64,000 nt of DNA, from NCBI GenBank assembly GCA_964276515.1, contig OZ193909.1:19716001-19780000 (forward strand), read 5' to 3'. Positions within the stretch are counted from its first letter, which is position 1, and the number at the start of each line of letters is the position of its first letter. The notes below the pieces were generated by a model that was given only the letters and a program-made list of their open reading frames with translations, was not told where the DNA came from and did not search any database. Positions 51,881-64,000 of the stretch are shown here, in pieces. Position numbers and translations under genes: made by a program. Source of the stretch: Gordius albopunctatus. Its lineage: Eukaryota.

Positions 51881-54459
51881 ATTCAAACCTTCTTTCAATA
51901 AAAAAACATTTGGTTTTTATATTTCTACCAACTATTCGGTCTCCATAACAATAAATAAAACATGTCATTTTTAGTAAGATTAATAATGAAAGTTTATAGG
52001 TTTACATTATAATGTTCCCCAAAAGTAGAATCACACAATAATTCTTTTAAATAAACAAACCTTCTTCGGTATAATTTCGATATGTGTGTATAATTCCCAA
52101 AAAATAATCTCTTTTTATAATCACGATTCTTTTAAACAATGAATCAGCATAATTATAATAATGATAATAAAAATATACGATTACGCGTTTCTACATCTCG
52201 CATTCATTATAATAGAATTTTTAATGGCTCGTAACAAATTACAATATGCGTGTGTTACAAAAATAGCATCTTTTTAATGGCTTAACAATGATTTTCACAA
52301 ATAGAAGGAGGAGGATGATGATTTGACAAAGATTAACACAAAAATAGAATTTACAATAATATTAACTTATTAATATTTATTCAGCATTTCACAATATGCT
52401 ACACCTCCCCCTTTTACCAGCTGATCACTGCCCTTGCAGATCACCTGCCAAGGTCATAGCAGCTAAGAGGGTGACCAGAGCACTACCAACGAAAGTTGTT
52501 ACCAACCCGCTGGTTTGTACTCGGGGTGCAATCACCTGCCCTCCAACAGGCAAGGTACTTATATTACTGCCTAAATTCACAACCGAAGGCGGACATAAAG
52601 ATAAGCGATGCCATCGCTGACATCTTTCACAACGTCTTCGATTAGCACCTCGCTGGTGTCGTCGACTACCACCTCTGTTAACATATGTAGGTGCCGGTCG
52701 GCTTACATGATCATTCCTCCTGGCTTCCTGGGGCATCCCTGAACCCTATTCACCGGAAGTTCGGTGAAAAATGTAATACTTGGGATTCCATCCATCCCAA
52801 TCACAAATGATATATGTAGAGGGCACGGAGGACGTACTCCGGCCAGTCGTTCTACCATAATTCTAACTATACACCATGACGCAATGACGTCCATCTACAA
52901 TGCAAATAAAAATAAACATTAGGCAGATTAACTTAAGAGTTGTTCGACGTGCCTAGTTTCTATTATGTTAGTCTCTAACGATTTAACTCTATAAATTTTA
53001 TTAACTACGTGGTCAACAACCTTAGATAATTCCCTTCTAGGTTGACTTAAATAATTTTTCGACCACAAAATCATTAATATTATATTTAGTCTTGCCTGTT
53101 AAATGATGTTTAAATTTGCTATCTAGCAAAAAATCAGGCGGAAAACGTAAATTACGACTAAAAAATTCAATACCAACTTGCAAACGTCTCAATCTATGCG
53201 TCATGTTATGGTATAATCGACATAACCATGTACCTTCTTTATTAGTTTGAGCCAGTTCCAGCCATTTTTTAACAATAGCTACATACCTCTCAACTTGTTC
53301 ATTAGAACTAGGATGATATGGCGGCGTTAAAAAATGAGTTATTTTCCCATTATTACAAAAATCTTTAAAATCGACACTATTAAACGCTTCTCCGTTATCG
53401 GTTACTATAAATTTCAGAAAACCGTAAGGGCCAATTAATTCTTTTAAAAATATTACAGTAACCTTTGTAGATATATTATGTATTAATTTAAATTTAGTCC
53501 AACCTGAAATATGCATCTACCACTAATATATATCTCTTTTTATTAAATTCAAAAAAATCAACATGGATTCTACTCCAGGGATCATCTGCACGAGGCCATC
53601 GAGCCTTTTTATCCCTACGTGGCATTGCTGCTTTTAATTTACACATAGCACATTGCCGAACATAGATTTAAACGTCCCTCGTAATCTTGGGCCACCAGAC
53701 ATATAGTCTAGCGAGCTCCTTCATTTTCACTATACCTGCATGCCCTTTATGCAAAATATTTAAAACGCTACTCCGCAACTCAAAAGGAATTACTAACTTA
53801 TCATTGCGTTTAACCAAATTATCTTTAATATATAGTTCTTTAATTACATGTTTAAAATCTACAGGAACATTTTGAATATCTTTAACACCTGTAATAATTT
53901 TTTTAATATTTGCTAATTCAGCATTATTTTCTGCACTTTTGACAATATCGTCAAGATCAATCACTTTTATTGCATTAACAACATCATTATTTGTAACAGA
54001 TATCTCCTTAGTTATATTATTAGCAATCATTCGTGATAAAACATCAGCCAAATGATTACTTTTACCTTCTCGATATTTTAAAGTTAATGAAAAATTACCA
54101 AGAGTTAATAACCATCTCTGAAGTCGAGGTGACATTAAAAATTCAGTATTAATTTTATCAAATAAAGCTACCAATGACTTATGATGGGTATAAAAAGTAA
54201 ACGATTTACCAATTAAATATTCTCGACAACGTTTTAAACCATAAACCATCGCAAGAGCTTCTTTCTCTATGACAGAATAATTAAGTTCAGCCTTAGTAAG
54301 TTTGCGAGAAAAATAAATAACTGGATGTTCTATTTCGTCTTCTAGTTGTCATAAAGCACCACCAATACCTGTGTTGGATGCATCAACTTTTAAAATATGT
54401 TCTTTATCAGGATCAAAACATCTAAGAATCGGATCCGTTAATATAATATTTTTTAAAGA

Positions 54460-55256
54460 AAATTAACCGGCAAACTGTTTGCAGATTCTGGTAGAGTTTT
54501 TCACGATGAACACAAATATATTTTGAGTTTTATACCTATACGTCAATTTTTTTTTAAATATTCGCTGTCAAAGTTGCCGAAGCGCGATTTTAGCGTTTTT
54601 CAAACGTCAATAACTTGCAAATTAATCGGTGAAAATTTTATTTAATAGATTTAATACCTAGATATAGGGGAGAAAAATATATTTACAATTTTTTATCGTA
54701 GCACTTTTACTTTTTAAATTATATACAAAATTAACTATCCCTATCTTTTACATTGATAAATTACCCCAGACTTGACGTCGCCCTCCCTTCTCTTCAACAC
54801 TAGGAATTAAGTGCGTGTTGTTGTTTGTGTTGTTGTTTATCTACTCTACTACTACTATTACCAAAACAACAACACGCACTTAATTCCTAGTGTTGAAGAG
54901 AAGGGAGGGCGACGTCAAGTCTGGGGTAATTTATCAATGTGAAAGATAGGGATAGTTAATTTTGTATATAATTTAAAAAGTAAATGTGCTAGGATAAAAA
55001 ATTTTAAATACACTCCTCTCCCATATATCTACAAATTAAATCTATTTAAAAAAATTTTTTCCCAGTTAATTTGCAAGTTATTTACGTTTGAAAAACGCTA
55101 AAATCGCGTTTTTGGCAACTTTGACAGTGAATATTTAAAAAACTTGACGTATAGGAAAAAACTAAAAACATATTTGTGTTCACAGTAAAAAACTCTACCA
55201 CAATCTGCAAATAATTCGTAGTTTAATTTCACAAGTCCATTATTTGTTGACCAGTG
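54460..55256. mobile_element. Foldback/Tc1-like palindromic MITE inserted in gypsy pol
   Basis: Almost wholly palindromic. Right tip CCATTATTTGTTGACCAGTG, left tip missing. Confidence 0.75.
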
Positions 55257-55489
55257 TTATCATCCCATTTAAATAATACATTATTTTAAGTTAACTCATA
55301 AAGAGGACCAGAATCATTTGTATAATTTTCAATAAATTGACTGTAATAATTCATTAAACCTAAAAACATGCAAGTTCTTTTTTATCTATTTTATATCTTG
55401 TATCTTTTTTTAAATAAGGTTTAACAAAACCGTCTGCTATTACATGACCTAAATAAATTACCTGGTCAGTACCAAAATTACATTTTTTT

Positions 55490-56326
55490 AGAATTGGCAT
55501 GCTTTATTAAATAAAAAGTATTAAATATTGAGCGGAATTGTTAAAAAGATACAAGAGCAAAAACATTTATAAAAAAATGATTAAAACACATTATCCGTAT
55601 CTTCATCTTTGAGAATGGGCATTGAATCCATCAAAGTATAAAAATTAATTGATTGTCGGAGTAAAAAACTTTTCGATATTTTTCAAGGGGGCGAGCGTTT
55701 ATTGAGCTCTTTAAAAACATTAATGCGCTCTTTCCAAACGTCCCTGAGCACGACGAGACGATAGGAATAAAAATCGAGGTTTGGGATAAAGCTGAATATT
55801 TTAAGGATTTCCGATGCTCTGCCGATACTAGGGGGTAGTGAGTATCGTTGGAGGAGGCAAATAGATCAATACAGGTGTAGTCCCATTTTAGGAAAAAGCC
55901 TTTGTCCCATGGGATAAGTGACGAACCGTCCGGACGCATCCGCCCTTCGAGAGAGGGATCTGAAGGTTCAAGGATCGAAGGAACTTTTGACCGTTTGAGG
56001 GCAGCTTGAAGCAGTGTATTTATTTTTTGGTGCCTACCATACCGGTATTTGTTAAATTTACAATGCAGAGGGTGACGTGCTTCCTCATCTACAAGTGAAT
56101 TACAAAGCCGGCAGGGGTATGGGGACGTGTATTTACAGCTCAAGCGGAGGGCTATATTGTAGGACAGGGTAGGATTCTCCGAAAACATACCCGAAAACTT
56201 ACTAGGGTAAGCTTCAAGCCATTCATGACCGGATTGGTCGAAAGCCAATGATCTAAGATTGCAATGCTGTTTGGCGTCGCATGTCGAGAGAAGGTAAGCA
56301 ACGGACCGCGACACCAAACTTGCATT
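55490..56326 (-). mobile_element. Second CRE-like non-LTR 3' fragment, inserted in gypsy RT
   Basis: ORF 55631-56317 is clearly homologous to the frames at 24863-25630. Gypsy RT resumes (KKCNFGTDQVIYLGH) after its 3' end. Confidence 0.85.
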
Positions 56327-57639
56327 ATTTTTAATTAAATTTAATACTTTCTATAGACGTAAATCAAGTTCGTCCCGAGTTAAACCCGTAACTAAAATAT
56401 CGTCCAAATAAAAAAATACACCATCTATATTATTAAATATAGATGCCATCGCCCTTTGAAAAATAGGAGCGGACACGCTTAAACCAAATGATAATCTCTT
56501 AAAAGAATAGAGACCTTTATCCGTGTTAATTGTTAACAACCTAGCCGATTTTTCAGCTACGCGAAGTTGAAGATAAGCATTAGCTAAATCTAGCTTTGAA
56601 AAGTACTTACTACCTTTCAGGTTAGCTAAAACCGTTTCTAACCTAGGCAAAGGATATTTAACATCAATTACCCATTTATTAATTGTTACTCGATAATCAG
56701 CGCAAACCCTAATAGTACCATCACTCTTTTTAACTGGCACAAGGGGAGTGGCCCATTCCGAAAATTCTATTGGTTCTATTATGTCATCTTTAAACCACTT
56801 ATCTAAAACTAGGTGCACTTCATCTTTCCACATTAATGGAATCCGTCTAGCAGGACAAAAACGTGGTACAGCATTAGAATCAACACGTATGGAAAACATT
56901 AAATTACTTTAACAACCCAATTCTTCATTAAAAATCTCATTATATTTCTTTTTAATGTTATTAATTTTAATATTACATAATTCAAATTTATGCCCATCGA
57001 CACCACTTACCGAAACCGAAGATACGGGGTTTTTATAAAAATCCCGTTCCTCATAAACCGAGGTTGACTCATTAACTGAGTTCAGTGCCCCAAAAACCAA
57101 GGTTTTAGGTTCTTTTCTAGAAACCATTACCTTATTACCCGGTTTGGTAGTGTCCATCTCTAAAATATTTTCTGGCATTTCCCTCAAAATATTAATAAAA
57201 TCAATTTTACAATTATCAACTTTATTTTGTTTACATATACCTCACCCATTTGTAATAGGACCCAAAATCCTAATCCAACTCCATACCATTATATTATCAA
57301 TTTTATCTTCAATTACATATAATTCTAATTTTACCATTACCTCGCTACCTAAAATATTTATATTAGTGCCAACCAATTGTCTGGCAATTATACTAGCTTT
57401 ATTAACATGTCTATCCGGCCACCATTTAAAAAATTTTTTACTAGAAATAATATTAATAGATGAACCGGTATCGATGAGGAAACTCAAATCGATACCTTGA
57501 CCTAACTTATTACATCTGTAACAACGCCTTTTGTCCTTACTATTAACGATACAAACTCTTTCTACTCTCTGAGCTTTAATTAATACCAACAATACGATAA
57601 TTACAGAATTAATGCGACAATTAATAAACGCTCACTCAA

Positions 57640-58490
57640 TTAATAGTCGTACCATCTTTGTAGTATATGGCTGTCGTGTGTTAGTATTTCTCCATTTTGA
57701 CCCTTGATTAGCCGGCATTCTAGGTAATCTTTAGAATTTCGGGCCCTTGACTTTGAGATTTCGTAGATCAATCTTTCTCCTTCCTTTGAGTTGAGTTTTA
57801 CATTTATATTGTCGTACACCTTGTTTTTAGCTTTCGCTACAAATTTTTTAGCCGATCTTTTAGCTACTTGGTAAGCTTGCTTATCATTACTATCCTTGCT
57901 TTTATACCAAACTTTGTACAATCTCTTCTTTTCCTTGATACATTTTTGCACTTCTTCATTCTACCACCACGTTTCCTTGAGAATTCTTTTAGTGGGCTTG
58001 CTTTCACCTAGTATTTGTCGTCCCGCTTTTCGCATTGTGGCAGCTATACCATTCCATTGATCCTCACATGAAGTATTTTCCTTAAATTCAGCAAGTTTAA
58101 TTACTTGTTCCTGAAAATGTTGAATATTATCCTTTAGTTTCCTCCATTGTATAGTAGCGGCTACTCTTTGAACTTTTTGATCTTTAAGGCCCTTTAATAT
58201 AAAGTCCATCACCAACAGCTTGTGTTGGCAGGCCAATATTTCACTCGGTATTACCTTAACATTTTTAACATACTTTAAGTGCGCTCTGTTGACTAGAAAG
58301 AAATCTATCTGAGTGGTACGGCTGCCGCTTTTGTACGTTATAAGATGTTCCTATCTCTTTTTGAAGAAGGTATTTCCTATTGCTAGGTCAAAAGCTTGAG
58401 CAATTTCTAGAATTTCCGTACCTCCTTCATTTCTTAGGTCGTAACCCCAACCACCGTGATTTCTTTCAAATCCTCCCCTTGATTTGCTCA
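57640..58490 (-). mobile_element. RTE-clade LINE fragment (APE endonuclease end and linker), with stops
   Basis: HGGWGY..RNEGG, NTFFKK, LITYKSG..TQIDFFL, QHKLLVMDF, KETWW, IYEISKSR. Confidence 0.85.
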
Positions 58491-59868
58491 ACACGTCTTA
58501 CTTGATATATTTATATCGCGTCGAAACCTGGAGTAAATAATGATTTCCCCTCCCATAACATAAACATTATTGCTAATTACAGGTTGCACATAGTTATTGC
58601 TTATAAATAAATCTATATTTATATTTAGCCTTATTATATAATACATAACATATTTTCCATGGCCGCCCCCCCCCCTAAATGACCAAAAAAAAATTTCAAT
58701 GAATTTTACGTTTTGCTCCCCTCCCTAATCCAAAACCTGGCTACGCCCATGATATTTTCTCTTAAGTATTTAAGCAAAACTACTAAGTATTACAAATTTT
58801 TAATATTAGTCTCCTAAATTTAACAATATGTCATAAATCTATTTGTATGTAATTCAATGTTAGTTTTTGTATTTTATTCATTCAGTGAAAGTAACCCGTA
58901 TTTGCTCAACTGACCTAACGCTCAAGGAATCTAAAATTTGCAAAGAATGCTTAAAACTAATCAATTTTATATTTAATAATGTTAAAAACGCTTTAAAAGG
59001 TTGCAAAAACATATATTTACATATAATATATGACTTTTTTGTTGCTGCATATATATTTTCTTTAATATTAAGCATATAATATATAAAGTTCAAATTTTTT
59101 ATTATTTTCTTTCATAGGTTTTTTTTAGATTAAATGCTTTATAATAAGTTAATATGCATTTACAATACTTTATATTTTTATATATAAATAATAGATATAT
59201 TTATATAATAATGTTTAAATTAAAATTTTTGTGCATTCGATTACTTGTGTATTAGACCGGTTGAGTATAAATCAAAGTAACCTAATATGCTGTCAATAGC
59301 TTACAATACTATACAATTTTTAATTTAGTATTATTGTAGATACGAATTTAAAAACACATGGTATTTTTTTAAATTTTAATGTGATTCATACATTTACTTA
59401 TCTTTTTGTAAATTGGTATTTTGAACTGGATTCGCAGTTTATGTAGTCTATGAATGTATCATAAAAAATGAGAACAAAGAGATCAAATACTTGAATGACA
59501 CATTCTATTTCCACGAGATTTTAGAGTGTGATTCTATTTTAAAGATTCTATGCTGCAAATTACATAAGAAGTGTAATATTCGTAAACGACTAAGAATTAA
59601 AGATGCTTAAAATTGTATTTTTAAATTAGACTTTGGGTGGATAATGAGGAAGAATATTTTAGAACCGAAAGGTTATTATTCTTTTAAGGCTTCTTTTAAT
59701 CTTATACCTATTCGGTCATTAAACAATATAAGACTTACGGTATTTGCTATCGATGTTAAGAAAAAATCTGACGCATAGATGCGGTTGTAAACTCCATTGT
59801 AAAATTTTGCTTTTTGTATCAATCTAATTTTTGAGGTCTACAAAAAATCGCCTAACAGATGCTCCTGG

Positions 59869-60155
59869 CATAGATTAATAAAACCATAGGCTGCTGAACA
59901 GCCGATTTTTACTATTAAAATCATTCAGAAACCTTTATAGCTGCCACCTTGAAGGAAAAACTCAACCACAGATATATTTATATTTCTCCACCATATAATA
60001 TTTAAGAAAATAAGTAAGATTATTAGCTCAATTTATAAATTAAAAAAAGATGTAAAATAAACAATAAATTATGTTGTATTGTTTGTTAAAATTTCCAACA
60101 AAATGGCTAATTCTATACTTGCTGAAAAATTATCAACTCTTCGGCAGTCTATGGT
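59869..60155. mobile_element. MITE derivative of the P-element family at 26990-30944
   Basis: CATAGATTAATAAAACCATAGGCTGCTGAACAGC start and CGGCAGTCTATGGT end resemble the P TIRs. Right tip degenerate. Confidence 0.6.
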
Positions 60156-60718
60156 TCTTGGGCTGACCACATAAGTTTTTATTCTATACATGAACTATTT
60201 GAAATAATTGAATTTTATGTTATCAAATAATCGTTTAAGCAGCTTACCATGTATATATACTGCAAAATCAAACAAATTCAAATATAAAGCATTTAATTTA
60301 TAAAACTCACTTAGGGTAAAGACTTTATAAAAAGTTGCTCTACCATAATTGGCTTTTGAGGTATAATGAAACTATAATAAATATATGTATAAGTTGGATG
60401 TGTTATCAAGCTATTACGATTGATTACGCTTCACCATCTATCTGAGCTTCTCTCACTCTCCTTCCTACATTCTTTCATTCTTATTGCGCAAGGCTATATT
60501 TTATTTTTAATTATTAATACAGGGAAAAGACATTAAGTTGATTTCTCCTTTTTCACCACATCTCTAAATATTAAAAAGTATTAAAGATTTATATGAATAT
60601 TAGCCAACGTTTTAAGAAAGGGAGCACGACAACATATATCTAAGAAAATTTTCTATAAAAAATTAAAATTCCATGTTTATTTAGTTTTAACTAACCCTAA
60701 GTTGCTTTTAAGATTTAA

Positions 60719-62130
60719 TTAATTGCTATGCAATTTATGGGCTCGCTTTTTATTGTCCTTCCTTCTGTTGTCCGTCCGTCCAACATGTATCTTAATTGCT
60801 GGTTCGAATCCCGGAGAGGGCAAAAAATTTTTAAAATTAATATATTGTTCTTGTTAATACCATTGATAATATGACTTTTTGACCGTGTCCTGGCTAGTGA
60901 CCGATGAAAAAATGACCATTGGCCAAATTGTGAATCGAATTTTTTTCGCCTCGTTTTTTGAATTGCTATATTAGGTTAAAATTGATAATTACCCTATGTC
61001 TCCCCCTACAAGGGACTATGCCTCTACTAATATGGGTCCCTGTGCTCCCCTACAAAGGCCTATGCCTCTACTGATGTGGGTTCGAATCCCGGAGAGGGCA
61101 AACTTTTGATTTTTTTAAACTAATATATTGTTCTTGTTAATACCATTAATAATATGACTTTTTGGCCATCCGCAAGCTACTGACCAATGACAAAAATGAC
61201 CATTGGCCAAATTGTGAATCGAATTTTTTTTTCGTCTCTTTAGTATTAATATCCTTTTTGACCGTCTCCTGAGCAATGGAAAAAATGCCCATTGGCCAAA
61301 GTGTATCAAATTTTCTTTCTATATTTTAAATATAGGCTATTTGGCCGTTTTGTGGCTACTAACCAATAAAAAAATGATCACTGATCAAATTTTTTTTCTC
61401 TAGATTTTAATTAATGGCCAGTATTTGGTAGTCTGCTGGCTACTGACCAATGAAAAAAATGACACCTGGCCAAAGTGAGATTAAAATTAATTTTTTTTTC
61501 TAGATTATAATTATAGGCTAGTTATTTGGCTGTCTGCTGACTATTAGAAAAAAATGACCAATGGCCAAAGTGTATATCGCATTTTTTCTATATTATAATT
61601 ATAGGCTATTTGGCCGTCTGACCAATGGCCAAGGTCTGATTAGAAAATTTTTTCGTTTTTTTAATATCTTGTTTATACTATAGATATACGCATGATTCGA
61701 ATAGTCTAGTCATAATTCAAATTATCGGTCGCCAACACCATATTGTTTAAATTTATACAGTATCGAAAAAACTCTAAATTGAAAGTTGTATGTTTTGGAA
61801 GGATGACTATTGGCTTTTCCAAGATCATACCCTCTATTTGCGTTCCTTTCGTCATTTTGATTAATTTAGAAGTTGATAAATAAGAATGAATGAAAACCTA
61901 TTCCTTAATAAATAAGGTATTAATCAATGTTTTATGGCAGATTTTACAAAAATTTAACTTTTTAAATATTTGTATTTTGTATATATAAATAACTGATCAT
62001 TTTGCATTTTATACCACCCCCACCCATAGGCATTCTCGTCTCTTCCCACCTTTCTCGTCCATAATAGCTAATACACTACGTTTATACGGAGTATAGATGA
62101 GTTTCGTTCCCACTTCCCTCACCCCGTTTC
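60719..62130 (+). mobile_element. Second, more decayed Helentron/DINE-like copy
   Basis: Same 5' TTAATTGCTATGCAATTTATGGGCTCG, GTCC repeat, tandem units and 3' TTTATACGGAGTRTAGATGAGTT as 20674-22581. Confidence 0.65.
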
Positions 62131-62690
62131 TCTATTTTCGATCGGTTTGTAATAGCAGTCGACATCTTTCATCTTTTAAAAAGGAGTAAATACGCGTATT
62201 TCCCCAAATTTAACTTAATTACTTAAAAGGTATGACATATAAGAATTAAAAGCATAATTGAGTTGAGCAGTAAATAGTCTTAATAAAATTTATAAATAGT
62301 TCCTCTGAATTTAACAGACTATTCACTAGTGTTATTAATATACTAAACGTGACCAATTAATATTAAGTTCAATAAACACAAAATACTCATATGGTAAAAC
62401 TCTGGACAACAGACAAAATATATAGGTTTTTTCGTCATTATACTTTCACAATACTGTTAATACAAAAATCTACAATGGTCAATAGTTCCATATAAGAATA
62501 TTAAATTACACTTTATATGGATGTGTGTGCAATATAATTAGGGCGGGAAACACAACAAAAAGTCTAAAGAACGATGGGAGGGGTTTGGATTAAATAGCAG
62601 GAGGCCAAAATTTTAAGCATTCTTGGCAAAAAACAGTCTTAAGCAATTAACGTAGTCATTGTGGTTTTACAAAAACCAGGATAAAATTTG

Positions 62691-63988
62691 TTAGGGCGGA
62701 GGATGTCTATTTGGTTGGTTGGCTAAAGCCATCATGTTAAGTTGTTCGGCGTATGAAGGAGGCGGCAACTCGCCCAGCCCCATGACGTGAGAGGGTGGTG
62801 TCATGTGAGGAAATCTATAATAGGCCGCTGCGTGAGGGAACCCAGGGTAAAGATGAGGTGGGAGGTGGTGCTGGTAGGCAAGAGGTTCAGAAGTAGGGAG
62901 TGGAGAAGCGGATAACGGATGTGGTGGGGCGGCTCCGTGAGAAGCGATGTACTTGTCGAATAGGTATTGGGGTATGGCGAAAGGTGAGCCTTGGTGGTGT
63001 TGTTGCTGCAATAGCGATGAGTAGGGGGAATATTTGTTGTGATGGGGGTGAAGGTGTGGTAAGTTGGGTGGAAAAGAGGGTAGAAATCTCGGAGGATTGT
63101 AAACTAAGGTATCCATGGAACTTTGGATTTCTTCATTAGAGGTTGAATGACTGGAGTCAACCACGGTCTCGCGAAAATCGAGAGGTTGGTAACCATGTCC
63201 TTCACTAAAATGTGGCGCGTGGCTGTTATGTGTAATCGCCGTCCTTCCAATATTTTCTCCAGTGCAGAAGGGGAGGTCTGGTGGTGTTTTAGTGTCGCAA
63301 CCGTTGTGAGGGGCTAAACCGCCAGCGGGTTGATAATAGAGAGGAGGAGCAAGGCTATTGTTGCTATAGTCAAACGCCTTTTTGGATAGCAAATATTGTG
63401 AGTAGGCGGCGGCTTGATAAGGTGAATGATATGGTGGGTACATTTGAAAGGGAGAGTAAGCCAAGGCCGCCGACGCGTGATATTTATCGAAGGGGGGAGG
63501 ATAGGAGGAATGCTGAGGGTCTAGAGAGAGCGGAGTACCCTTATCAATTGGGTAGGCGCCGTTACTCATTATACCTTGATGATGGGTGCTCGTTCGCTGA
63601 TTAAAGTCAACGTCACCTTTTCTTAACGACTCCATATCACGGGCGACGTTCACAACTTCCACAGGTTCTACGGTAGCGAGGTGGTGACTATGGTCTCTCG
63701 GAATCTCACTACTACTACTCGTAACTGACACGCTGATTGGGAAGTAGGGTGTGTTTTGTTCAGACTTTTCCGAAATTTCCCTCACCAAGGTAGTGACGTA
63801 AGGTGCTTGCGGGGAGTCGTTGTTGACAACTTCCAAAATTTCTTCCTTGCCGTTATCATCGTCTAGAGGTGTTGCAGTAGAGTCAGTGTTACAACCTCTA
63901 TCGGTGATGGCAGTGAGAGGAGGTACGGTAAACGGGGAATCGACAATAATAGGAGCACCTCCTATACATTCCGTGTTCGTGAGGGCCA
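62691..63988 (-). CDS. Terminal exon of a gene entering from the right edge, Pro/His/Ser/Tyr-rich low-complexity protein (possibly a transcriptional regulator)
   Basis: 432 open codons in GC-richer DNA, with acceptor ttattcag at ~63989-63996. No domain recognised. Confidence 0.7.
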
Positions 63989-64000
63989 CTGAATAAGACT

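Larger units (their letters stand above)
52250..57630 (-). mobile_element. Decayed Ty3/gypsy LTR retrotransposon with two nested insertions
   Basis: Zinc knuckle CYRC, protease LIDTGSS, RT (WATPLVPVKK, CADYR, YLDD), RNase H (DAS, EKEALA), integrase (HKGHAGI, TDNG, PPYHPSSN). PPT at 52404-52415 abuts TGTAGC (3' LTR start at 52403). The outer LTR end is uncertain. Confidence 0.88.

Noticed and set aside
52396..52894. Short GC-rich ORFs on both strands
   Set aside because: They lie between gypsy integrase and the PPT, so they are element-internal with no recognisable env or chromodomain.
62900..63604. Plus-strand ORFs
   Set aside because: Antisense to the 432-codon exon.

Overview
AT-rich, intron-containing metazoan (invertebrate) genomic DNA. 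Four spliced host genes can be rebuilt by hand: a compact TPX2-like gene (+, 6432-9003), a 13-exon receptor guanylyl cyclase (-, 9801-23977), porcupine/PORCN (+, 31037-40974) and CCZ1 (-, 41641-45064). There is also the terminal exon of a Pro/His-rich gene at the right edge. Most of the rest is transposon-derived: a full-length intron-rich P element with TIRs and an 8-bp TSD, a piggyBac rearranged into a ~1.08-kb inverted repeat inside a PORCN intron, several hAT elements/MITE families with 8-bp TSDs, Helentron/DINE-like elements with central tandem repeats, a Helitron, CRE-like and RTE non-LTR fragments and a nested Ty3/gypsy relic. The most notable structures are the hairpin-forming piggyBac (Mu-killer-like architecture), a 193-bp apparent target-site duplication around a CRE-like retroelement, 32-44-nt micro-introns shared by host genes and the P element, and substitutions in the cyclase catalytic motif. 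Exon models and coordinates were read by eye and are not confirmed by RNA data or database searches.
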